Below, piece by piece: positions 22,502 to 33,711 of a stretch of 64,000 nt of DNA. Source of the DNA: Escherichia coli. GTDB taxonomy: Bacteria > Pseudomonadota > Gammaproteobacteria > Enterobacterales > Enterobacteriaceae. The notes below the pieces were generated by a model. It did not search any database and had not been told where the DNA came from. It was given only the letters and a program-made list of their open reading frames with translations. The position numbers and the translations under genes are program-made. The DNA lies in the NCBI RefSeq assembly GCF_044324785.1, contig NZ_CP172127.1; one strand, given 5' to 3'. Every line of letters begins with the position of its first letter. Within the stretch, counting starts at the first letter, position 1.

Positions 22502-24128
22502 TAGGTTTCACTTTCGGAATATAGATTGAAAATAAGGTACCGCAGGGATCATTATCTTCGAGAGTGATAACACCACCGCAGCGCGTTACGTAGCTGGCAA
22601 TCAAGTACAACCCAATGCCATGTTCGCCGGGCTCGTCAGCACGCGTACTGACACCCTGCTCAAATATTTTGTCTCGTAGAGACTCTGGAACGCCGCAGCC
22701 CTGATCGGCGACTTCAATCACCACATCATCGCCTTCATCGCTGAGGAATAATTCAACGATCTTGTTTCCTTCATCGCTACGTAGGCTGGCTTCGAAGGCG
22801 TTATCAAGTAAATTGCCAACAATGGCTGCAAACTCGGTGCTGTCCAGTCCTGGCGGCAGTTGCGAAAGCTGACTTCCGGGGACGATGACCATTTTTAGCC
22901 CCAGTTCGCGGGCGCGCTGCACTTTACCAAAAAGCAGCCCCGCCACCTGGCGATCGGCAAACGCCTCGCGCAGGCTATCAATAAGCTGTTGCTGGGCCTG
23001 AGACTCCCCCTGCACCATCGCCAACACGCGATCATACTCTTTCATCTGCAACAGACCATTGAGCGTCGACATCCAATTGAGATGCTCGTGTCGCAATGTG
23101 CGCAGGCTCTCGACGTATTGTTTAATTTGCGTCAGTTGCGCATTGAGGGTGGATATTTCGTCTTTACTACGAAAGCTGATAATGGCCCCCAGCAAATCAT
23201 CACCTGAACGAATAGCTTCCCGGTTGGCAATAACGCTCAGACCGTTAAAGTTCGCCACCACATCCTGACGTTTTTCATCAATCTGTTCGGTAAAGAAATC
23301 GGCGGGCCTGACCACTTCAGCAATGGGTTTACCCAACCATTGCCGTCCGGGGGAACTCAGACCCAGCATCTTTCTTGCGTTACGATTGATGGCGGTAATG
23401 TAACCATGCGGATCCACCGCAATGAGCCCTTCATAAACCGAACTAAACAGCGCCTCTTGCTGACGGACCACGCGTGCGATTTGCTTTGGCTCCATGCCCA
23501 TCATCTGCCGACGGATATGCGCGGCCAGGAACCACGATAGCAACATCAGAATCCCTAACAGCACGACAAACACGCCAGCCATCGGTAATAAAAACTCAGC
23601 CCGCCAGCTATCAATTTTACTCACCAGGTAGCCAATCGACACCACGCCGATGACTTTTCCATCGTCATCAAAGATTGGCGTTTTGGCACGCATCGCCATG
23701 CCAATTGACCCTTTCCCGGTGATGAAGTAGCTCTCTCCTTTCTCCAGCGCGCCCGGTTTGGTGAACTGCATAGGATAACCAATTTTCTCCGGATTAGGAT
23801 GGTAAAGACGAATCGAGTGCCGATCGCCAATCACCACATAATCAAAATCGGTATCTCTTTGTAATTTGTTAGCGATGGTCGCCAGCCTCTTGTAGTCACG
23901 CGTTTTCACTGCGCTGATGATACTGTCATTAGAAGCAATAATTTTTGCCTGATTCATTGCCATGTCGCGCACATGAAGCGTTAAATAGTCCTCAAAACTG
24001 GCCGTAAAATATTGCGCCAGGGCTGCAATGACAAATATTGAGAACACCAGAATCAGCAAAAAGATACGCAGCGGAAATGCCAGTCTTTGGAAAAATGCAA
24101 ACTGTTTATTCTCGTTAAGCTGCAACAT
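22470..24128 (-). CDS. dpiB: Sensor histidine kinase DpiB (CitA)
   Basis: ORF track 22470..24188 trimmed to the ATG giving MLQLNENKQ (552 aa); two TM segments around a periplasmic domain, HATPase_c; 32-nt overlap with dpiA. Confidence 0.92.
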   Translation of the reverse strand: MLQLNENKQFAFFQRLAFPLRIFLLILVFSIFVIAALAQYFTASFEDYLTLHVRDMAMNQAKIIASNDSIISAVKTRDYKRLATIANKLQRDTDFDYVVIGDRHSIRLYHPNPEKIGYPMQFTKPGALEKGESYFITGKGSIGMAMRAKTPIFDDDGKVIGVVSIGYLVSKIDSWRAEFLLPMAGVFVVLLGILMLLSWFLAAHIRRQMMGMEPKQIARVVRQQEALFSSVYEGLIAVDPHGYITAINRNARKMLGLSSPGRQWLGKPIAEVVRPADFFTEQIDEKRQDVVANFNGLSVIANREAIRSGDDLLGAIISFRSKDEISTLNAQLTQIKQYVESLRTLRHEHLNWMSTLNGLLQMKEYDRVLAMVQGESQAQQQLIDSLREAFADRQVAGLLFGKVQRARELGLKMVIVPGSQLSQLPPGLDSTEFAAIVGNLLDNAFEASLRSDEGNKIVELFLSDEGDDVVIEVADQGCGVPESLRDKIFEQGVSTRADEPGEHGIGLYLIASYVTRCGGVITLEDNDPCGTLFSIYIPKVKPNDSSINPIDR

Positions 24129-24507
24129 TGTTTTCCTTGCGGGTTGTCCCGAGCCTCTTTGACGAATGTAATTAAAATGTTGAATCAAAATACATAGATA
24201 TTAAATATAATCGTGGCAAATTTTATTCATTAAATCAATTAAATCACTTAAACCTGCGGGTCATTTCGTAATTACATTAATTAAAAAACTTAAAACCATT
24301 AAATAAATAAAAAACCACTAACTCTATGTGAAATAAATCAAAATTTCACGCTGCAATACTCCTTAGGATGTATAGCGAAAGGAGAAAAAGATATACCTCG
24401 ATCGCCCCCCTTTCTCCCAAGTGAAAATAAAAGGTTATCAGTTTGCAACATCGAACAACATTCGTTGCAAATCGATAACAACATGCACCTTCAGGATACT
24501 ATTTATT

Positions 24508-25566
24508 ATGTTCGGCAATGATATTTTCACCCGTGTAAAACGTTCAGAAAATAAAAAAATGGCGGAAATCGCCCAATTCCTGCATGAAAATGATTTGAGC
24601 GTTGACACCACAGTCGAAGTATTTATTACCGTAACCCGCGATGAAAAGCTTATCGCGTGCGGTGGAATTGCCGGAAATATTATTAAATGCGTTGCTATCA
24701 GTGAATCCGTTCGCGGTGAAGGACTGGCGCTGACATTAGCCACCGAGCTAATTAACCTCGCCTATGAGCGGCACAGCACGCATCTGTTTATTTATACCAA
24801 AACCGAATACGAGGCGCTGTTCCGCCAGTGCGGTTTTTCCACGCTGACCAGTGTACCCGGCGTGATGGTGCTGATGGAAAACAGCGCCACGCGACTGAAA
24901 CGCTATGCCGAATCGCTGAAAAAATTTCGTCATCCAGGGAACAAGATTGGCTGCATTGTGATGAACGCCAATCCCTTTACGAATGGTCACCGTTATCTGA
25001 TTCAACAGGCTGCAGCACAGTGCGACTGGCTGCATCTGTTTTTAGTTAAAGAAGATTCTTCACGCTTTCCCTATGAAGACCGGCTGGATCTGGTGTTAAA
25101 AGGCACCGCCGATATTCCACGCCTGACTGTGCATCGCGGCTCCGAATACATCATCTCCCGCGCTACGTTCCCTTGCTACTTCATTAAAGAACAGAGCGTC
25201 ATTAACCATTGTTACACCGAAATTGATCTGAAGATTTTCCGTCAGTACCTCGCTCCCGCGCTGGGTGTAACTCACCGCTTTGTCGGTACTGAACCCTTTT
25301 GTCGCGTTACCGCCCAGTACAACCAGGATATGCGCTACTGGCTGGAAACGCCGACTATCTCCGCACCGCCCATCGAACTGGTTGAAATTGAGCGGCTGCG
25401 TTACCAGGAGATGCCGATATCCGCTTCCCGGGTACGTCAACTGCTGGCGAAAAACGATCTCACGGCTATCGCGCCGCTGGTCCCTGCAGTCACGCTGCAT
25501 TATTTGCAGAACCTGCTTGAGCACTCCCGCCAGGACGCGGCAGCTCGTCAAAAGACCCCCGCATGA
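24508..25566 (+). CDS. citC: [Citrate (pro-3S)-lyase] ligase
   Basis: ORF track 24421..25566 trimmed to MFGNDIFTRV (352 aa); divergent from dpiB. Confidence 0.92.
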   Translation: MFGNDIFTRVKRSENKKMAEIAQFLHENDLSVDTTVEVFITVTRDEKLIACGGIAGNIIKCVAISESVRGEGLALTLATELINLAYERHSTHLFIYTKTEYEALFRQCGFSTLTSVPGVMVLMENSATRLKRYAESLKKFRHPGNKIGCIVMNANPFTNGHRYLIQQAAAQCDWLHLFLVKEDSSRFPYEDRLDLVLKGTADIPRLTVHRGSEYIISRATFPCYFIKEQSVINHCYTEIDLKIFRQYLAPALGVTHRFVGTEPFCRVTAQYNQDMRYWLETPTISAPPIELVEIERLRYQEMPISASRVRQLLAKNDLTAIAPLVPAVTLHYLQNLLEHSRQDAAARQKTPA

Positions 25567-25580
25567 GAAACAGGTGAAAA

Positions 25581-25877
25581 ATGAAAATAAACCAGCCCGC
25601 CGTTGCAGGCACCCTTGAGTCTGGGGATGTGATGATACGCATCGCCCCACTCGATACGCAGGATATCGACCTGCAAATCAACAGCAGCGTTGAAAAACAG
25701 TTTGGTGATGCCATTCGCACCACCATTCTGGACGTTCTCGCCCGCTACAACGTGCGCGGCGTACAGCTGAATGTCGATGACAAAGGCGCACTGGACTGCA
25801 TTTTACGTGCACGACTGGAAGCCCTGCTGGCACGCGCCAGCGGTATCCCGGCTCTGCCATGGGAGGATTGCCAATGA
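25581..25877 (+). CDS. citD: Citrate lyase acyl carrier protein (gamma subunit)
   Basis: 98 aa. Confidence 0.93.
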
Positions 25878-26782
25878 TTTCCGCTTCGCTGCAACAACGT
25901 AAAACTCGCACCCGCCGCAGCATGTTGTTTGTGCCTGGTGCCAATGCCGCGATGGTCAGTAACTCATTCATCTACCCGGCTGATGCCCTGATGTTTGACC
26001 TCGAAGACTCCGTGGCATTGCGTGAAAAAGACACAGCCCGCCGCATGGTTTACCACGCGCTGCAACATCCGCTGTATCGCGATATTGAAACCATTGTGCG
26101 TGTCAACGCGCTGGATTCCGAATGGGGTGTCAACGACCTGGAAGCCGTCGTTCGCGGTGGTGCGGACGTTGTGCGTCTGCCGAAAACCGATACCGCTCAG
26201 GATGTTCTGGATATCGAAAAAGAGATCCTGCGTATCGAAAAAGCCTGTGGTCGTGAACCCGGCAGCACCGGCCTGCTGGCGGCGATTGAATCTCCGCTGG
26301 GCATTACCCGCGCAGTGGAAATCGCTCACGCTTCCGAGCGTTTGATCGGTATCGCCCTCGGTGCAGAAGACTATGTGCGCAACCTGCGTACAGAACGCTC
26401 CCCGGAAGGAACTGAACTGCTGTTCGCACGCTGTTCCATTTTGCAGGCCGCGCGCTCTGCGGGTATTCAGGCGTTCGATACCGTCTATTCCGACGCTAAT
26501 AACGAAGCCGGATTCCTGCAAGAAGCCGCCCACATCAAACAGCTGGGCTTTGACGGCAAATCGCTGATCAACCCGCGTCAGATTGATCTGCTGCACAACC
26601 TCTACGCACCGACCCAGAAAGAAGTGGATCACGCCCGCCGCGTCGTAGAAGCCGCTGAAGCCGCCGCTCGCGAAGGCCTCGGCGTGGTTTCCCTGAACGG
26701 CAAGATGGTGGACGGTCCGGTTATCGATCGCGCCCGTCTGGTGCTCTCCCGCGCAGAACTTTCCGGCATCCGCGAAGAATAA
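25874..26782 (+). CDS. citE: Citrate lyase beta subunit (citryl-CoA lyase)
   Basis: ORF track 25859..26782 trimmed to [10 protein letters not shown] (302 aa); ATGA overlap with citD. Confidence 0.93.
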
Positions 26783-26792
26783 GGCAATCAAA

Positions 26793-28325
26793 ATGACGCA
26801 GAAAATTGAACAATCTCAACGACAAGAACGGGTAGCGGCCTGGAATCGTCGCGCTGAATGCGATCTTGCCGCTTTCCAGAACTCGCCAAAGCAAACCTAC
26901 CAGGCTGAAAAAGCGCGCGATCGCAAACTGTGCGCCAACCTGGAAGAAGCGATTCGTCGCTCTGGTTTACAGGACGGCATGACTGTTTCCTTCCACCACG
27001 CTTTCCGTGGCGGTGACCTGACCGTCAATATGGTGATGGACGTCATCGCGAAGATGGGCTTTAAAAACCTGACTCTGGCCTCCAGCTCCCTGAGTGATTG
27101 CCATGCGCCGCTGGTAGAACACATTCGCCAGGGCGTGGTTACCCGCATTTATACCTCTGGCCTGCGCGGTCCACTGGCGGAAGAAATCTCCCGTGGTCTG
27201 CTGGCGGAACCGGTGCAAATCCACTCTCACGGCGGACGTGTGCATCTGGTACAGAGCGGCGAACTGGATATCGACGTGGCTTTCCTCGGCGTCCCGTCCT
27301 GTGATGAATTCGGTAATGCCAACGGCTACACCGGTAAAGCCTGCTGCGGCTCCCTCGGCTATGCAATGGTTGATGCCGACAACGCAAAACAGGTTGTGAT
27401 GCTCACTGAAGAACTGCTGCCTTATCCGCATAATCCGGCAAGCATTGAGCAAGATCAGGTTGATCTGATCGTCAAAGTTGATCGCGTTGGCGATGCCGCG
27501 AAAATCGGCGCTGGCGCGACCCGTATGACCACTAACCCGCGCGAACTGCTTATTGCCCGTAGCGCTGCAGATGTGATTGTCAACTCTGGCTACTTCAAAG
27601 AAGGTTTCTCCATGCAAACCGGCACCGGTGGCGCATCGCTGGCGGTAACCCGTTTCCTGGAAGACAAAATGCGTAGCCGCGATATTCGCGCCGACTTCGC
27701 CCTTGGCGGTATTACCGCAACGATGGTTGACCTGCACGAAAAAGGTCTGATCCGCAAACTGCTGGATGTACAGAGCTTTGACAGCCACGCGGCACAATCG
27801 CTGGCCCGTAACCCCAATCACATCGAAATCAGCGCCAACCAGTACGCTAACTGGGGTTCAAAAGGCGCATCGGTTGATCGTCTCGACGTGGTGGTACTGA
27901 GCGCGCTGGAAATTGACACCCAGTTCAACGTTAACGTGCTGACCGGCTCTGACGGCGTACTGCGTGGTGCTTCCGGTGGTCACTGCGATACCGCGATTGC
28001 CTCTGCACTTTCCATCATCGTCGCACCGCTGGTACGCGGTCGTATTCCGACTCTGGTGGATAACGTGCTGACCTGCATCACCCCGGGCTCCAGTGTCGAT
28101 ATTCTGGTCACAGACCACGGTATCGCAGTTAACCCGGCACGTCCGGAACTGGCAGAACGTCTGCAGGAAGCGGGGATCAAGGTGGTTTCTATTGAGTGGC
28201 TGCGTGAACGTGCGCGTCTGCTGACCGGTGAACCACAGCCGATTGAATTCACCGACCGCGTCGTTGCCGTTGTGCGTTACCGCGATGGCTCGGTGATCGA
28301 TGTTGTGCATCAGGTGAAGGAATAA
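26793..28325 (+). CDS. citF: Citrate lyase alpha subunit (citrate CoA-transferase)
   Basis: 510 aa. Confidence 0.95.
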   Translation: MTQKIEQSQRQERVAAWNRRAECDLAAFQNSPKQTYQAEKARDRKLCANLEEAIRRSGLQDGMTVSFHHAFRGGDLTVNMVMDVIAKMGFKNLTLASSSLSDCHAPLVEHIRQGVVTRIYTSGLRGPLAEEISRGLLAEPVQIHSHGGRVHLVQSGELDIDVAFLGVPSCDEFGNANGYTGKACCGSLGYAMVDADNAKQVVMLTEELLPYPHNPASIEQDQVDLIVKVDRVGDAAKIGAGATRMTTNPRELLIARSAADVIVNSGYFKEGFSMQTGTGGASLAVTRFLEDKMRSRDIRADFALGGITATMVDLHEKGLIRKLLDVQSFDSHAAQSLARNPNHIEISANQYANWGSKGASVDRLDVVVLSALEIDTQFNVNVLTGSDGVLRGASGGHCDTAIASALSIIVAPLVRGRIPTLVDNVLTCITPGSSVDILVTDHGIAVNPARPELAERLQEAGIKVVSIEWLRERARLLTGEPQPIEFTDRVVAVVRYRDGSVIDVVHQVKE

Positions 28326-28328
28326 GCC

Positions 28329-29733
<1,405 letters not shown>

Positions 29734-29783
29734 TTATTTAAGCACTTGATAAATTTGGAAATATTAATTTTCGGAGAACTCGT

Positions 29784-31247
29784 ATGTCTTTAGCAAAAGA
29801 TAATATATGGAAACTATTGGCCCCACTGGTGGTGATGGGTGTCATGTTTCTTATCCCTGTCCCCGACGGTATGCCGCCGCAGGCATGGCATTACTTCGCT
29901 GTGTTTGTGGCAATGATTGTCGGCATGATCCTCGAGCCAATTCCGGCAACAGCGATCAGTTTTATTGCGGTTACTATTTGCGTTATTGGCAGTAATTACC
30001 TGCTCTTTGATGCCAAAGAATTAGCTGCCCCAGCGTTTAATGCGCAAAAACAGGCGCTGAAATGGGGCCTGGCTGGTTTTTCCAGCACCACGGTATGGCT
30101 GGTATTTGGCGCATTTATTTTTGCATTAGGGTATGAAGTTTCCGGGTTAGGTCGTCGCATTGCCCTTTTCCTGGTGAAATTCATGGGCAAACGCACGCTG
30201 ACGTTGGGTTATGCGATTGTCATTATCGACATTCTGCTGGCACCGTTTACACCGTCCAACACCGCGCGTACTGGCGGGACCGTTTTTCCGGTCATTAAAA
30301 ACCTGCCGCCGTTGTTTAAATCATTCCCGAACGATCCGTCCGCGCGTCGTATTGGCGGCTATTTGATGTGGATGATGGTCATTAGTACCAGTCTGAGTTC
30401 GTCCATGTTTGTCACCGGTGCGGCACCAAACGTGCTGGGTCTGGAGTTCGTCAGCAAAATTGCCGGTATCCAGATTAGCTGGTTGCAGTGGTTCCTCTGC
30501 TTCCTGCCGGTTGGCGTTATCTTACTTATCATTGCGCCGTGGCTTTCCTACGTGCTTTACAAACCGGAAATCACACACAGTGAAGAAGTAGCAACCTGGG
30601 CGGGTGATGAACTAAAAACCATGGGTGCGCTGACACGCAGAGAGTGGACGCTGATTGGCCTTGTATTGCTCAGCTTAGGTTTGTGGGTATTTGGCAGTGA
30701 AGTCATTAATGCTACTGCGGTAGGTCTGCTGGCAGTTTCACTAATGCTGGCCCTGCACGTTGTGCCGTGGAAAGACATTACCCGCTATAACAGCGCATGG
30801 AACACGCTGGTCAACCTGGCAACTCTGGTTGTGATGGCTAACGGCCTGACTCGTTCTGGTTTTATTGACTGGTTCGCCGGTACCATGAGTACGCACCTGG
30901 AAGGATTCTCACCAAACGCAACGGTGATTGTACTGGTTCTGGTGTTCTACTTTGCACACTACCTGTTTGCCAGCCTGTCTGCGCACACCGCAACCATGCT
31001 GCCGGTTATTCTGGCCGTCGGTAAAGGTATTCCGGGCGTACCAATGGAACAACTGTGTATCCTGCTGGTGCTGTCTATCGGTATCATGGGCTGTCTGACG
31101 CCGTATGCAACCGGTCCTGGGGTGATTATTTACGGCTGTGGCTATGTGAAATCAAAAGATTACTGGCGTCTTGGCGCAATCTTCGGGGTGATTTACATCT
31201 CTATGTTGCTGTTGGTTGGCTGGCCGATTCTCGCCATGTGGAACTAA
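29784..31247 (+). CDS. citT: Citrate:succinate antiporter (DASS family)
   Basis: 487 aa polytopic transporter at the end of the citrate lyase operon. Confidence 0.94.
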   Translation: MSLAKDNIWKLLAPLVVMGVMFLIPVPDGMPPQAWHYFAVFVAMIVGMILEPIPATAISFIAVTICVIGSNYLLFDAKELAAPAFNAQKQALKWGLAGFSSTTVWLVFGAFIFALGYEVSGLGRRIALFLVKFMGKRTLTLGYAIVIIDILLAPFTPSNTARTGGTVFPVIKNLPPLFKSFPNDPSARRIGGYLMWMMVISTSLSSSMFVTGAAPNVLGLEFVSKIAGIQISWLQWFLCFLPVGVILLIIAPWLSYVLYKPEITHSEEVATWAGDELKTMGALTRREWTLIGLVLLSLGLWVFGSEVINATAVGLLAVSLMLALHVVPWKDITRYNSAWNTLVNLATLVVMANGLTRSGFIDWFAGTMSTHLEGFSPNATVIVLVLVFYFAHYLFASLSAHTATMLPVILAVGKGIPGVPMEQLCILLVLSIGIMGCLTPYATGPGVIIYGCGYVKSKDYWRLGAIFGVIYISMLLLVGWPILAMWN

Positions 31248-31277
31248 TACGTTCGCCAAACGCTGAATAAATCATCA

Positions 31278-31313
31278 CGCCCGCCAGGTAAGCCCACCTG
31301 GCGGGCTTTTTTA
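31278..31313 (+). terminator. Strong intrinsic terminator after citT
   Basis: GCCCGCCAGGT-aagccc-ACCTGGCGGGC followed by TTTTTT. Confidence 0.85.
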
Positions 31314-31360
31314 TGATTTAATAGATAGTATTCAGTGTATGTATGAGTTCCACACCCATT

Positions 31361-32167
31361 ATGAAAGCATTCTGGCGTAACGCCGCGTTGCTCGCGGTTT
31401 CTCTGCTTCCCTTCTCTTCTGCCAACGCCGTAGCGTTGCAGGCAAAACAGTATGGCGATTTTGATCGCTATGTCCTGGCCCTCTCCTGGCAAACCGGATT
31501 TTGCCAGAGTCAACACGATCGAAATCGTAACGAACGAGATGAATGTCGCCTGCAAACCGAAACGACCAACAAAGCTGATTTTCTGACCGTACATGGTCTG
31601 TGGCCAGGATTGCCTAAATCGGTTGCTGCCCGTGGTGTTGATGAACGCCGCTGGATGCGCTTCGGTTGCGCTACTCGCCCAATCCCGAATCTACCAGAAG
31701 CGCGCGCCAGCCGAATGTGTTCATCGCCGGAAACCGGGTTATCGCTGGAAACGGCCGCTAAACTAAGTAAAGTCATGCCAGGAGCTGGCGGACGTTCCTG
31801 CCTGGAACGCTACGAATATGCCAAACACGGTGCCTGCTTTGGTTTTGATCCAGACGCATACTTCGGCACGATGGTACGCCTGAATCAAGAAATTAAAGAG
31901 AGCGAAGCCGGAAAATTCCTTGCGGATAACTACGGTAAGACAGTGAGCCGCCGTGACTTTGACGCCGCCTTTGCCAAAAGCTGGGGAAAAGAGAACGTGA
32001 AAGCAGTTAAGCTAACGTGTCAGGGTAACCCTGCGTATTTGACTGAAATTCAGATCTCGATCAAAGCTGACGCCATCAACGCTCCGCTTTCTGCAAACTC
32101 ATTCTTGCCACAACCACACCCAGGCAACTGTGGCAAAACCTTTGTGATTGATAAAGCAGGTTATTAA
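31361..32167 (+). CDS. rna: Ribonuclease I (RNase T2 family, periplasmic)
   Basis: ORF track 31343..32167 trimmed to MKAFWRNAALLA (268 aa); signal peptide; HGLWP catalytic motif. Confidence 0.93.
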   Translation: MKAFWRNAALLAVSLLPFSSANAVALQAKQYGDFDRYVLALSWQTGFCQSQHDRNRNERDECRLQTETTNKADFLTVHGLWPGLPKSVAARGVDERRWMRFGCATRPIPNLPEARASRMCSSPETGLSLETAAKLSKVMPGAGGRSCLERYEYAKHGACFGFDPDAYFGTMVRLNQEIKESEAGKFLADNYGKTVSRRDFDAAFAKSWGKENVKAVKLTCQGNPAYLTEIQISIKADAINAPLSANSFLPQPHPGNCGKTFVIDKAGY

Positions 32168-32259
32168 TCCTCTGATTTACAAAAGACGCTAATTCGTCTT
32201 CCATAAACCATGACGATTAAGATTTATACATAATGCGCTGCATTGAGGAATTCCCTGAA

Positions 32260-32275
32260 TGTGACGCAAATCACT
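32260..32275 (+). promoter_or_regulatory. CRP-like site TGTGA-N6-TCACT with a downstream -10-like hexamer
   Basis: 9 of 10 match to TGTGA-N6-TCACA; TATCAT-like hexamer about 25-30 bp downstream. Confidence 0.35.
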
Positions 32276-32316
32276 TCAAAGAGTGAGCAACAGTCAGTAT
32301 CATCATGTGAGTTAAA

Positions 32317-32348
32317 CCCTCGCCGCCTGACGGTGAGGGTTTTCTTTT
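32317..32348 (+). terminator. Strong hairpin plus U-tract between rna and rnk
   Basis: CCCTCGCCG-cctga-CGGTGAGGG (9-bp stem with one G-U pair) followed by TTTTCTTTT; lies about 50 nt upstream of the rnk ATG. Confidence 0.6.
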
Positions 32349-32396
32349 GGGTATGTTTATCTGCGACACTCGCAGTACCGACGACATGGAGTAAAA

Positions 32397-32807
32397 ATGT
32401 CCAGACCAACTATCATCATTAACGACCTGGATGCCGAACGCATCGATATTCTGCTGGAGCAACCCGCCTATGCTGGTTTGCCAATCGCCGACGCGTTAAA
32501 CGCAGAGTTGGATCGCGCCCAAATGTGTTCGCCAGAACAGATGCCACACGACGTGGTGACAATGAACAGCCGGGTTAAATTCCGCAATCTTAGCGATGGC
32601 GAAGTGCGTGTGCGCACGCTGGTGTATCCGGCAAAAATGACCGATAGCAATACTCAGCTTTCCGTTATGGCTCCGGTAGGTGCCGCACTGCTGGGACTGC
32701 GCGTTGGCGATTCCATTCACTGGGAACTTCCGGGCGGCGTTGCAACCCACCTTGAAGTGCTGGAACTCGAATACCAGCCAGAAGCTGCTGGCGACTACCT
32801 GCTTTAA
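32397..32807 (+). CDS. rnk: Regulator of nucleoside diphosphate kinase Rnk (GreA/GreB-like)
   Basis: 136 aa; GGAG-type ribosome-binding site upstream. Confidence 0.92.
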   Translation: MSRPTIIINDLDAERIDILLEQPAYAGLPIADALNAELDRAQMCSPEQMPHDVVTMNSRVKFRNLSDGEVRVRTLVYPAKMTDSNTQLSVMAPVGAALLGLRVGDSIHWELPGGVATHLEVLELEYQPEAAGDYLL

Positions 32808-32840
32808 TCCCATCTGCACAAGCGATAACTCGCTTTGCCC

Positions 32841-32866
32841 AGAGGATGCACTCGCATCCTCTTTCC
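32841..32866 (+). terminator. Hairpin terminator after rnk
   Basis: AGAGGATGC-actc-GCATCCTCT followed by a T-rich tail. Confidence 0.55.
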
Positions 32867-32949
32867 GCTCAAATATCAACCAGATTTATCATTTTGCTCT
32901 TAAGCGCAGCATTCTAATCTGAACTGGTTATTCATCTGCGGAACCTCAT

Positions 32950-33039
32950 ATGAGCGAAGCTCTCGGTATCACTGCATTTTATATATTCATAGCCGCAATT
33001 ATTGTTGCTGCAGTGCTATACCTTGAACAACGCTGGTAG
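32950..33039 (+). CDS. Hypothetical 29-aa single-TM small protein (MSEALGITAFYIFIAAIIVAAVLYLEQRW)
   Basis: Read by hand; below the ORF-track length cutoff; ATG to TAG; strongly hydrophobic core; weak ribosome-binding site. Confidence 0.25.
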   Translation: MSEALGITAFYIFIAAIIVAAVLYLEQRW

Positions 33040-33162
33040 CGCCTGGTTTTATTTATTTTCCAGCTCAATAGCAAATTCAGATCAAATCAGCCTCGCAAAT
33101 CATAGATTCATAACCAATAATGTGCTGTTATGTATACATGCAAAAACAAGGAGAGAATGCTT

Positions 33163-33591
33163 ATGTACAAAACAATCATCATGCCAGTGGATGTTTTCGA
33201 AATGGAATTGAGCGACAAAGCGGTTCGCCACGCTGAATTCCTCGCCCAGGATGACGGAGTTATTCATCTACTTCACGTACTACCGGGGTCAGCCAGCCTG
33301 AGCCTGCACCGTTTTGCCGCTGATGTGCGTCGTTTTGAAGAGCATCTGCAACATGAAGCAGAAGAACGTCTGCAAACGATGGTCAGCCACTTCACCATCG
33401 ATCCTTCCCGCATTAAGCAACATGTCCGTTTTGGTAGTGTGCGGGATGAAGTTAACGAGTTAGCGAAAGAACTTGATGCAGATGTAGTAGTGATTGGTTC
33501 GCGTAACCCATCAATTTCAACTCATCTGTTGGGTTCTAACGCCTCGAGCGTAATCCGCCACGCCAATTTGCCGGTGCTGGTTGTGCGTTAA
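33163..33591 (+). CDS. uspG: Universal stress protein UspG
   Basis: ORF track 33130..33591 trimmed to [10 protein letters not shown] (142 aa); AAGGAGA ribosome-binding site 8 nt upstream. Confidence 0.93.
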   Translation: MYKTIIMPVDVFEMELSDKAVRHAEFLAQDDGVIHLLHVLPGSASLSLHRFAADVRRFEEHLQHEAEERLQTMVSHFTIDPSRIKQHVRFGSVRDEVNELAKELDADVVVIGSRNPSISTHLLGSNASSVIRHANLPVLVVR

Positions 33592-33605
33592 TTGCCAGAA
33601 TAAGT

Positions 33606-33645
33606 CTCCCGCCCTGCCCGGAGCCATCCCGGCGGGGCTTTTTAT
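33606..33645 (+). terminator. Terminator after uspG
   Basis: CCCGCC...GGCGGG stem followed by CTTTTTATT. Confidence 0.55.
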
Positions 33646-33651
33646 TGCCAT

Positions 33652-33690
33652 AAAAAAGCCGCCAGGTTTGACCCCGGCGGCTAAGCAATT
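33652..33690 (-). terminator. Terminator after ahpF (minus strand)
   Basis: GCCGCCAGG...CCGGCGGC stem with an A-run on the plus strand, i.e. a U-run on the minus-strand transcript. Confidence 0.55.
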
Positions 33691-33711
33691 GCAGGTGAAT
33701 CTTACTTCTTC

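Noticed and set aside
25964-26791. 275-aa ORF on the minus strand
   Set aside because: Antisense to citE; Gly/Val/Phe-rich low-complexity translation typical of antisense frames.
26967-27821. 284-aa ORF on the minus strand
   Set aside because: Antisense to citF; no plausible ribosome-binding site or domain.
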